Shown piece after piece: positions 1 to 10,718 of a stretch of DNA of 20,000 nucleotides (position 1 is the stretch's first letter; every line of letters starts with the position of its first letter). The notes beneath the pieces are model-generated. The model had not been told where the DNA came from, ran no database searches, and saw only the letters and a program-made list of their open reading frames with translations. A program made the position numbers and the translations under genes. Origin of the DNA: Candidatus Tectimicrobiota bacterium (GTDB lineage: Bacteria; JACPUC01); the NCBI GenBank assembly GCA_016192455.1, contig JACPUC010000009.1, positions 110,886-130,885 on the forward strand. The letters run 5' to 3'.

Positions 1-149
1 GCGCTGCTCTGTCCCTGTGCGTAGGCGGGCAGGGAGAGTCTCCCCATACCAGCCAGCAGCAGGCAGGCGCCAAGTCCGAGCGTCACCCCCTGCGCCACCC
101 GCGCGCGCACCCCAGCCACCAGCCTGGCTGTCACGTGGCATCCTCGCAT
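1..149 (-). CDS. 5' part of an exported protein with Sec signal peptide, truncated by the window edge; probably OmpH/Skp periplasmic chaperone
   Basis: Not in the ORF track. ATG at 149 with AAGGAG (160-165) 10 nt upstream. Translation MRGCHVTARLVAGVRARVAQGVTLGLGACLLLAGMGRLSLPAYA-QGQSS has a basic N-region, a hydrophobic core and an A-Y-A cleavage motif. Skp identity is inferred only from its position directly downstream of bamA. Confidence 0.6.
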   Translation of the reverse strand, partial: MRGCHVTARLVAGVRARVAQGVTLGLGACLLLAGMGRLSLPAYAQGQSS

Positions 150-237
150 TCGTGCTGCACTCCTTCGCGCCGCCTGGGAAGCTCCGGCGACGCACCTATT
201 CTCCCACACCGGCGTTTGGCCGCTGCCGGCCAGCCGC

Positions 238-2622
238 TCAGAAGCCTCGCCCGAATTTGAAGTGAATCTCCGACGCGTCCTCGCCGTCGCGCTTATCAAG
301 CTTCCAGCCCATCTCGAGCTGCACGGTACCCAACGGCGAGTCGAAGCGAACCCCCCCTCCCGCCGAGTACCGCAGGTCGCCGAAGTCCAAGGCTTTGCCG
401 CCGCAAATGCGCTCACCTGAGCGCTTCAGATCGTCATCGTCGCAAAAGACATTGCCGGCGTCAACAAAAAGCAGCCCGCCGATCACCGGGATTCTCGGGA
501 TGGGGAAGCGCACCTCACTGCTGAAGAGGAGCTCGGAGGTGCCGCCGAACGGTTCATCGTTGTCATCCTTGGGGCCGGCCTCGCGGAACTTGAACCCACG
601 GAGGTTGTCGTTGCCGCCAAGGAAGTAGCGCTCGAAGACGGGCAGTTCGTCGCCATTGGTGGGTCTGGCGTAGCTCCCCCTGCCGCGCAGCATGAGGACC
701 ACGGCTTTTTTCGGTTCCCCCGCATTCAGGATGGGGAAGAACCAGCGCGATTCGCCGCTGAGCTTGTAGAAGTGCGTGCCGCCGAGGGGGCCGGAGGTCT
801 CGGCGGAGATGCGGTCGTAGGTGCCGCGCGTGGGGGCGAGCCGATTGTCGCGCGAATCCCAGGAGAGCGCGGGCGAAATGGCGCTGATGGTGAAATCCTT
901 CTCAGCCTGGCGCCGCGCGAGGGCGGGGGCGTCGCTATCGACCTCGCTGATGGAGGTGTCCTCATAGCGGTAGCCCATCGAGGCGCGCAGGTTCTTCCAT
1001 ACCCGCCGCCCGAGCCGCACGTTGCCGCCGGTGGTATCCACGGTGAAGGTGTTGAACTCGTCCTCGCGCGCGAAGAGATCGAAGTTGAAGCTCACGTCGC
1101 GCCCCCACAGGTACGGTTCGGCGAAAGAGAAGACGAGGCTCTGGCGAATGGATGAGCGCGAGCCGCGCAGCGAGACGCTCTGGCCTTTACCGAGGAAGTT
1201 GCGCTCGGAGATGGCGGCCGAGAAGAGGACATTCTCCGTCGAACTGAAACCGACACCCCCGGAGATGCTGCCGGTTGACTGCTCCTGGACGCGCGTGACG
1301 ATATCCAGGACCTCCCGCTTCTCCGTGGGTTGGTTGTTGATCTCCACCTGGTCGAAGTAGCCCAAGCCGCGAATGCGTTGCTGGGCGGTCTGCAGGAGCT
1401 TGCCGTTGTAGAGATCCCCTTCCGCGAACGGAATCTCGCGCCGAATCACGTGGTCGCGGGTGCGATGATTGCCGCGCAAGAGGATGCGCCCGATATTGAC
1501 CACGATGCCGCGCTCAATGGTGTAGGTGAGGTTGACGAGGCGCTCCTGGTGATCCTGCTTCACGAGGGGTTGGACATCGGTGTAGGCGTAACCGACAACC
1601 GCATAGAGGTTGGTGAGGGTGATGATGTCCTTGCGAAGCTGGGAGCGGCTGAATACCCTGCCGGGTTTGAGCGTCAGCGGCGCCAGGAGCTGCTCGGTGC
1701 TGTACGGCTCCTGCCCCTGCACCTCAACAGTGCCGACGCGGTACTCTGGACCTTCCACAACATCGTAGTGGATGTGGATTTCGCGCTTCTCGCGGTTGTA
1801 GTCAACCTTGGCGTCACCCACCTGCGCCTGGATGTAACCGTAATCCTCGTAGGCCGCTTTCAGGCGCAGGCGGTCGACGTTCAGGGCGTCGCGACGGAAC
1901 TTGCCACTGCCGGTGATCACCGAGAGGAGGGATTTCTCCTTCAGGATCATACGCTTGCGCAGCAAGCGGCTGGAGAGATGCTCGTTGCCGCTGAAGGTGA
2001 TGGAGGTGACCTTGAGCTTCATCCCCTCGTCGATGGTGAAGCTGACGTCCACATCGCTGTCGTTGACCTTCTCCACGGCCGACGAAATCTCCGCAAAGAT
2101 GTACCCTTCCTCCTCATAGAGCTTCTTCATGTCGGTGATGGACTCTTGGAGGAGCTGCCGATTCATGACGGCTCGTTTGCTGACCTTGAGCCGTTCGCGC
2201 AGCTTCTCCTCGTCAATGTTCTTGTTCCCTTTGAAGTGGATGCCGCGGATAGTCGGCTGTTCCTCCACCACGAAGATGATCTTCAAGCCCCCCTCGAAAT
2301 CCTCCGTCTCGACGCGGACATCCTTGAAGAAGCGCAGACCGTAGATTTTGCGCAGGTCGTTGCGGATGGTGGTAACCGAGAAGCGTTCGCCAACTTTGCT
2401 GGAGACGTGGAACAGGATCGTGTCGCGCTCGACGCGGCGATTGCCGCGAACTTCGATGCTCTTCACGATGGGCAGCGGCGGGGAAGAGGCAAGCTGCGCC
2501 TCGGCATGGCCCGGCCCCCACCACCAGGTGAGAGCCATGGCACTGAGGAGAAGAAGACCTGCCTGCCCCCACGCGCACCACGTCGCTGCCGCTCCACTTC
2601 TCCATCGCGGCTTGTGGATCAT
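238..2622 (-). CDS. bamA: Outer membrane protein assembly factor BamA (Omp85)
   Basis: Signal peptide ending AEA-Q. Five POTRA-like repeats (IEVRGNRR, IHFKGNKN, ITFSGNEH, VEVQGQEP, ILLRGNHRTRDHVIRRE). Barrel start TGSISGGVGFSS, ERNFLGKGQ, loop-6 LRGF motif, C-terminal Phe (FKFGRGF). Start placed at ATG 2622 (794 aa) rather than the track's 2712. Confidence 0.96.
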   Translation of the reverse strand: MIHKPRWRSGAAATWCAWGQAGLLLLSAMALTWWWGPGHAEAQLASSPPLPIVKSIEVRGNRRVERDTILFHVSSKVGERFSVTTIRNDLRKIYGLRFFKDVRVETEDFEGGLKIIFVVEEQPTIRGIHFKGNKNIDEEKLRERLKVSKRAVMNRQLLQESITDMKKLYEEEGYIFAEISSAVEKVNDSDVDVSFTIDEGMKLKVTSITFSGNEHLSSRLLRKRMILKEKSLLSVITGSGKFRRDALNVDRLRLKAAYEDYGYIQAQVGDAKVDYNREKREIHIHYDVVEGPEYRVGTVEVQGQEPYSTEQLLAPLTLKPGRVFSRSQLRKDIITLTNLYAVVGYAYTDVQPLVKQDHQERLVNLTYTIERGIVVNIGRILLRGNHRTRDHVIRREIPFAEGDLYNGKLLQTAQQRIRGLGYFDQVEINNQPTEKREVLDIVTRVQEQSTGSISGGVGFSSTENVLFSAAISERNFLGKGQSVSLRGSRSSIRQSLVFSFAEPYLWGRDVSFNFDLFAREDEFNTFTVDTTGGNVRLGRRVWKNLRASMGYRYEDTSISEVDSDAPALARRQAEKDFTISAISPALSWDSRDNRLAPTRGTYDRISAETSGPLGGTHFYKLSGESRWFFPILNAGEPKKAVVLMLRGRGSYARPTNGDELPVFERYFLGGNDNLRGFKFREAGPKDDNDEPFGGTSELLFSSEVRFPIPRIPVIGGLLFVDAGNVFCDDDDLKRSGERICGGKALDFGDLRYSAGGGVRFDSPLGTVQLEMGWKLDKRDGEDASEIHFKFGRGF

Positions 2623-2733
2623 GCCTGGCTTCTCAATTCCCTGGAATGATGTCAAGAATAACGCCGCTGCTGTAATGCCTTTCCTTGCGGAGGCTTCACA
2701 GGAGAGAGGCAACGCCTCCAGCGCTGGCAGTTC

Positions 2734-2771
2734 AAAAAAAAGCGCGAGTTGTTTACCACAAACCTCGCGCT
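2734..2771 (-). terminator. Intrinsic terminator downstream of clpC
   Basis: Minus strand reads AGCGCGAG-GTTTGTGGTAAACAA-CTCGCGCT-TTTTTTT: an 8-bp stem (2741-2748/2764-2771) followed by a U tract, 80 nt after the clpC stop. Confidence 0.7.
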
Positions 2772-2778
2772 AGTTCAA
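2750..2778 (-). promoter_or_regulatory. Candidate sigma70-type promoter for bamA overlapping the terminator
   Basis: TTGAAC (2773-2778), 17-nt spacer ending TGG (extended -10 TGn), TAAACA (2750-2755). The last -10 base is non-consensus. Confidence 0.4.
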
Positions 2779-2851
2779 GGGAAATCAGCGCACCCCCTGA
2801 GGCCGCGCCGCGACTCCTTGGTCGTCGCCGGCCGCCTGGGGGGGGTGGCAC

Positions 2852-5291
<2,440 letters not shown>

Positions 5292-5299
<8 letters not shown>

Positions 5300-5993
5300 G
5301 TTTGCAATCCTCTCCGTCCGTCACGAGCCTTCCGTCCTTCAGCTCCACCACGCGATCCAGACTGGCGGCAAGCTGGTGATTATGCGTCACGACGATGAAG
5401 GTCTGGCCAAACTGTCGATTAAAACGCCGCAACAACTCACAAATTGCCCCGCCGGTGGTGCTGTCGAGATCCCCCGTCGGTTCATCAGCCAGCACGAGCT
5501 CTGGACGGTTCATGAGGGCCCGCGCAATGGCGACGCGCTGCTGCTCTCCCCCCGACAGCTCGCCGGCACGGTGGCGCAGCCGCTGCGAGAGACCCACGTA
5601 CTCCGCCACCTCCGCTGCCGTCCGGCGCGCCTGCGTCGCAACCGCGCGGCCAATCAGCGCCGGCATCATGATGTTCTCCAGAACAGTAAATTCCGGCAGC
5701 AGATAATGCAATTGAAAAATGAAGCCGAGATGCCGGTTGCGCAGCTCCGTCAGCTCGCCGTTGCTGCGATCCAGGAGAGAGGCGCCGTGAAACGTGAGGT
5801 TCCCCCCCGATGGCCGCTCGAGGGTGCCCAGGATGTGCAGGAGCGTGCTCTTGCCGGCGCCGCTGCTGCCCGTGATGCCGAGCATCTCCCCCGCCTGCAC
5901 CACCAGGTTGATGTCCCGTAGCACCGGCAGCATGGCCGTCCCCTGCTGGAACGACTTGTGCAAATTCTCTGCCACCAGCAGCGGCTTGCGAAC
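5292..5993 (-). CDS. lolD: Lipoprotein-releasing ABC transporter ATP-binding protein LolD
   Basis: Walker A GSSGAGKST, LolD-type LRNRHLGFIFQ, signature LSGGEQQRVAIARAL, LADEPTG, VVTH. Follows the lolC/E gene; its stop overlaps the clpC start (ATGTTTAA). Start uncertain: GTT at 5993 (best SD) or GTG at 5975. Confidence 0.9.
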
Positions 5994-6052
5994 GGCTCCG
6001 CCTCCTCGGACGGCCGCGCGGCCGTTTCGCCGCGCCAGCCTTCCTCCGCCCC

Positions 6053-7375
6053 CTACTCGTAGCGCAGCACCTCCACCGGTTGCACGCGCGCCGCGCTCCA
6101 CGCCGGGTAGAGGGTGGCGATGAAGGTCAACCCGAGTGCTGCCACTGAGACTGTTATTAACATAAGAGGTTGCAGATCGAATGGCAAGGTATCGAGGAGA
6201 TACACCTCCGCCGGGAGGCGGATGTAGTGGTACGTCTGCAGGCTCCAGCCGATGAGCGAGCCGCCGAGCACGCCGAGGAGGGTTCCCAGCACGCCGATGA
6301 GCAGCCCCTGGAAGATGAAGATTTTCATGATGCTGCGGTGCGTTGCTCCCATCGACTTCAGGATGGCGATCTCCTTGCGCTTCTCCATCACCACCATGGT
6401 GAGCGTACTGATAATGTTGAACGCCGCCACCAGGACGATCATCACCAGGATGATGAACATGACGGTGCGCTCAAGCTGCAGCGCCGCGAAGAGGTTGCGG
6501 TTCATCTGCATCCAGTCGCGCGCCAGGTAGGGGGGAGCGAGCCGGGCGTTGATGCGCCGGGCGACGCGATCGGCGTGGTAGACGTCGGCGACGCGCACCT
6601 CGACCCCGCTCACGAGGTCATCCAGATCGAAAAAGCGCTGGGCATTCCGCAGATTGATGAAGGCCAGGCTGTTGTCGTACTCGAAGAGGCCCGTCTGGAA
6701 GATGCCGGCGACGCGGAAGGCGCGCAGCTTCGGCACGCTCCCCATGGGGGTCGCCTCGCCCAGCGGCGAGACCACGTTGACCTTCTGCCCGAGGCCGACG
6801 GCCAGGGTGCGCGCCAGCTCCTTGCCGAGGATGATCGCCTCCGGGGTTGGCGCGGCGCCGCGTCCACTTGGCGGGGGGACGCCCTCCGCCGACGCGCTTT
6901 GCGACGCGCCAGCGTCGGTTCCCCGCCCCGCCTCCGGCGCTGGGGCGTTCAGCTCCTGCAAGCTCCCTTCCCGCATCATCCGTTCGAAGCTCGTCAAGCG
7001 GCCGAAGCGCTGCGGGTCAATGCCGCGCAGGATCACGCCGGTGACGCTCCGCTCGCTCGTCAGCAGCACCTGGCTGACGACGAACGGCTCGGCCTCCACC
7101 ACCCCCGGCACCTGGCGCAGTTGCTCGAGAAGCCGCTCCTTCTCCTCCACGGGGCGTTGATCGTGGCGCAGCACGATGATGTGGGGGTTGGCCCCCAGAA
7201 TCTTGCCGCGCAGGTCGCTCTCGAAGCCCCCCATCACCCCGAGGACGACGATGAGCGCCATCACCCCCAGGGTCACGCCGCCGATGGAGATCCAGGTGCT
7301 GAGCGAGATGAAGGCCTCGTGCCGCTTGGCCCGCAGGTAGCGCCAACTGATCCGTACTTCATACGGGAAGGGCAT
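6053..7375 (-). CDS. Lipoprotein-releasing ABC transporter permease, LolC/E family (single copy, LolF-like)
   Basis: N-terminal ISWRYLRAKR..FISLSTWISIGGVTLGVMALIVVLGVMGGF, periplasmic domain, then DWMQMNRNLFAALQLE, VAAFNIISTLTMVVMEKRKEIAILKSMGA and C-terminal TLYPAWSAARVQPVEVLRYE. Confidence 0.93.
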   Translation of the reverse strand: MPFPYEVRISWRYLRAKRHEAFISLSTWISIGGVTLGVMALIVVLGVMGGFESDLRGKILGANPHIIVLRHDQRPVEEKERLLEQLRQVPGVVEAEPFVVSQVLLTSERSVTGVILRGIDPQRFGRLTSFERMMREGSLQELNAPAPEAGRGTDAGASQSASAEGVPPPSGRGAAPTPEAIILGKELARTLAVGLGQKVNVVSPLGEATPMGSVPKLRAFRVAGIFQTGLFEYDNSLAFINLRNAQRFFDLDDLVSGVEVRVADVYHADRVARRINARLAPPYLARDWMQMNRNLFAALQLERTVMFIILVMIVLVAAFNIISTLTMVVMEKRKEIAILKSMGATHRSIMKIFIFQGLLIGVLGTLLGVLGGSLIGWSLQTYHYIRLPAEVYLLDTLPFDLQPLMLITVSVAALGLTFIATLYPAWSAARVQPVEVLRYE

Positions 7376-7632
7376 GCGTGCGTCTCAATCGGCGCGCCGG
7401 AGGGATCGTGCCGGAGCGCCGCGGCTGGAGTCGTAGGCGGGGCGCCGGGGCCAGGGGCTGCCCCCTCTGGGTTCTGGTCGAGGTTTGGCGCACGCTGATG
7501 CGGAGACGAATGGTTGTGCCGGGGAGGGGAGGGTCGTCGCAGACGGCTGGCGCATGATCCTGCCCACCGGAGCACGCCTGCCGATCCTCGCCTGCGCAGG
7601 CGGAGGGTACAACCCGAAGTCGGCAGGATGCA

Positions 7633-9201
7633 TCAGACGTGAGGGTGCTCGTCACTGTTCGACCAGGCTGCCTCGGCCGACTCTCCGCGCAGCTCTGCTC
7701 CAAGGCGCGGCTCTTCCTTGAGCTGCGGGAAGAAGATGACGTCGCGGATGGAGGCCGAGTCGGTGAGGAGCATGACGAGCCGGTCGATGCCGATGCCCAG
7801 GCCGCCGGCCGGCGGCAGGCCATACTCCAGGGCGCGCACGAAATCGTGGTCCATGGCGTGCGCCTCCTCGTCGCCGGCGCTGCGCTGCCGCGCCTGCTCG
7901 ACGAAGCGCCGCCGCTGCTCGAGGGGGTCGTTCAGCTCGGAGTAAGCATTCGCCAGCTCCCGCCCGTTGATGAAGAGCTCGAAGCGCTCGGCCACCTCTG
8001 GGTTGGCGGCGCTCGCCTTGGCCAGAGGGCAGAGGGCGATGGGGTAGTCGATGACGAACGTCGGCTGAATAAGGCGCGGCTCCACGCACGCCTCGAAGAC
8101 CTTGGCGAGAAGCTTCGCGTGGGCCGTCGCCGCTTCGAAGGCGCCCCTCTCTTTGACGATGGCGTGCGCGGCCGCGGCGGCTTCGAGGCGCGCCGGGTCG
8201 CGCAGCACATCCCGCGCGAAGCCGCCGATCTCCACGAGGGCGTCCTCGAAGGTGATCCGGCGCCATGGGGGGGTGAGGTCCAGGTTGCTCCCCTGGCTGC
8301 CGAACTGCAGGGCGCCGAGCACCTGCTCCGCCACGTGGCAGAGGAGCTCCTCGGTGAGCTGCATGACGTCGGCATAGTCCGCGTAGGCCATGTAGCTCTC
8401 CAGGGTGGTGAACTCCGGGTTATGTTCCGTGGAGAGACCCTCGTTGCGGAAGCAGCGGTTGATTTCAAAGACGCGCTCCAGCCCGCCGACGACCAGCCGC
8501 TTCAGGTCGAGCTCCGGGGCGATGCGCAGGAAGAGCCGGCGGTTGAGCGCGTTGTGGTGGGTGACGAAGGGCTTCGCCGCGGCGCCGCCGGCGATCGGCT
8601 GCAGCATCGGCGTCTCCACCTCGAGGAAGTCCCGCGCCAGCATGAACTCGCGCATGGCGCGGATGATCGCGGCGCGCTTCACGAACACCTCGCGCACCTC
8701 GGGGTTCATGAGGAGATCGAGGTAGCGCTGGCGGTAGCGGGTTTCCACGTCGCGCAGCCCATGCCACTTCTCCGGCAGCGGACGGAGGGTTTTGCTGAGG
8801 AGCTCGATCCGTTCCACCGCCAGGGTGAGTTCGCCCGTGCGGGTCTTGAAGAGCGTGCCGGCACAGCCAAGGAAATCACCCACATCGAAGCGCCTGACGC
8901 GCTGGAAGAGGTCGCCGCCGAGGGTGTCGTGGCGCGCGTAGACCTGCAGGCTGCCGGTGCGGTCCCGCAGGTGGCCGAAGAGCGTCTTTCCCATCAGCCG
9001 CTTCGCCATCAGGCGGCCGGCGATGGTGAACGGCTCGCGCAGGTGCTGCAGCTCCTCCCCCGGCAGGTTCGCATACTTCGTGGTGAGGGCGCCGATGGTG
9101 TGGCTCACCTCGTAGCGGCTTGGGTAGGGGTTGATGCCGGCGGCGCGCAACTCCTCGAGCTTGGCCTTGCGTTGCTCATGGAGGTCAGACGTTTCGGACA
9201 C
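7633..9201 (-). CDS. lysS: Lysine--tRNA ligase (class II)
   Basis: GTG start. OB-fold anticodon domain, [45 protein letters not shown], motif 2 [23 protein letters not shown], motif 3 [14 protein letters not shown]. prfB-lysS synteny. Confidence 0.97.
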   Translation of the reverse strand: MSETSDLHEQRKAKLEELRAAGINPYPSRYEVSHTIGALTTKYANLPGEELQHLREPFTIAGRLMAKRLMGKTLFGHLRDRTGSLQVYARHDTLGGDLFQRVRRFDVGDFLGCAGTLFKTRTGELTLAVERIELLSKTLRPLPEKWHGLRDVETRYRQRYLDLLMNPEVREVFVKRAAIIRAMREFMLARDFLEVETPMLQPIAGGAAAKPFVTHHNALNRRLFLRIAPELDLKRLVVGGLERVFEINRCFRNEGLSTEHNPEFTTLESYMAYADYADVMQLTEELLCHVAEQVLGALQFGSQGSNLDLTPPWRRITFEDALVEIGGFARDVLRDPARLEAAAAAHAIVKERGAFEAATAHAKLLAKVFEACVEPRLIQPTFVIDYPIALCPLAKASAANPEVAERFELFINGRELANAYSELNDPLEQRRRFVEQARQRSAGDEEAHAMDHDFVRALEYGLPPAGGLGIGIDRLVMLLTDSASIRDVIFFPQLKEEPRLGAELRGESAEAAWSNSDEHPHV

Positions 9202-9380
9202 TGGAACCCTCGCTTCAGGGAGGAGTAAGCCTCAAGGTTGATGGAGACGTAAGGGACCGGGTTCCCCGTCCACCGCCCTAGCGCCAGGTGCGGGGTGGCC
9301 GACCGCTGCGCCCCTGGCAGGAGCGTCACGCTTTGATGGCGCCGCGCCGCGGCGCGGCGGTCCTCCCGCCGCAGGACCGT

Positions 9381-10509
9381 TTAGGCGCGCTTGCTCGCCT
9401 TCTGCTGCAGGGCGCGCGCCTGCTGCACCAGCCAAGCCTCGATGAACTCGTCGATCCCGCCGTCCAGGACGGCCGTCACGTTGCCGATCTCGATGCCGGT
9501 ACGATGGTCCTTGACGAGCTGGTAGGGCTGCAGGGTGTAGGAGCGAATCTGGCTTCCCCAGGCGATCTCGCGCTTGCTGCTGTGCAGCTCGTCGAGGCGC
9601 TCCTGCTGCTTGCTCTTTTCGAGCTCGTAGAGGCGCGCCCGCAGCACCTTCAGGGCCCAGGCCTTGTTCTTGTGCTGGGAGCGCTGGTTCTGGCACTGCA
9701 CCACGATGCCCGTCGGCAGGTGCGTGATGCGCACCGCGGAGTCCGTCACATTCACGTGCTGGCCGCCCGCCCCGCTGGAGCGGAACGTCTCGATGCGCAG
9801 CTCCGCGTCGTCGATCTCGATGGTGATGTCCTCATCCACCTCGGGGTAGACGAAGACGGAGGCAAAGGACGTGTGGCGGCGCTTGTTGGCGTCGTAGGGA
9901 GAGATGCGCACCAGGCGATGGACGCCGATCTCGGCCTGCAGGTAGCCGTAGGCGTATTCGCCATTGACGGCGAAGGTGGCGCTCTTGATCCCCGCCTGCT
10001 CTCCCGGCTGCAAGTCGAGGATGTCGGTTTTGAAATCGTGGCGCTCGGCCCAGCGCAGGTAGAGGCGCACGAGCATCTCCGCCCAGTCCTGCGACTCCGT
10101 GCCGCCCGCGCCGGGATGCACCGCCACGATGGCGTTCTTCCGGTCGTTCTCCTGCGTGAACAGGAGTTGCAGCTCCAGCGCCCGCACCTCGTCGGAGATC
10201 AGCCGCAGCTCCGCGGCCACCTCCTTGAGCTGGGCCTCATCCTCTTCTTCCGCGGCCAGGTCGTGCAGGATGATGAGATCATCCAGCCGGGCGACGCGTT
10301 GCGCCTGCGCCTCCACCACGCGCTGCAGCTCGCTGCGTTTCTTCAGCACCTCCTGCTGGCGCTCGGGATCGTCCCAGAAGCCTTCCTCTTGCATGAGCTT
10401 GTCGAGACGGCGCAGTTCAGCCTCCTTGCCCTCGAGGTCAAAGGTGACCTCGCAACTCCAGCAACTGGCCCATCAACTCCTGCAACTCTCGCCCAAGCTC
10501 GTCCGTCAT
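9381..10509 (-). CDS. prfB: Peptide chain release factor 2 with programmed +1 frameshift; join(10441..10509, 9381..10439), 375 aa
   Basis: ATG at 10509 with AAGGAG (10517-10522). 23 codons [23 protein letters not shown], then CTT TGA C. The +1 frame continues [26 protein letters not shown]. Contains [32 protein letters not shown] and WGSQIRSY. Confidence 0.97.
10437..10452 (-). promoter_or_regulatory. prfB +1 frameshift cassette (internal SD plus CTT TGA C)
   Basis: Minus strand CGAGGT CAC CTT TGA C: SD-like GAGGT 3 nt upstream of the slippery CTT-T, UGA stop followed by C, as in the known RF2 autoregulatory site. Confidence 0.95.
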
Positions 10510-10718
10510 CCCGGTTCTCCTTAGGGGATACAGAACGGCTTCTCTCCCGCCTGCCTGTGGAGAGAAGAAGGGAAGCGGCGGAAGCGGCTCGGCTGGTCAG
10601 CTTGACCGCGTTTTCCACAGCGCCTCTGCCCGGCACCCAATATAGGCCCTGGCCGGCTCACTCTGCTAGTGGTGGCTGCCTTTCCCTGACGGCGAAGTGC
10701 GGCGCCGCGAGGTGACGT

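Noticed and set aside
10438-10440. In-frame TGA as a pseudogene lesion or selenocysteine codon
   Set aside because: Fully explained by the RF2 programmed frameshift.
10611-10619. DnaA-box match TTTTCCACA upstream of prfB
   Set aside because: A single consensus match with no cluster or AT-rich unwinding region; not enough to call a site or an origin.
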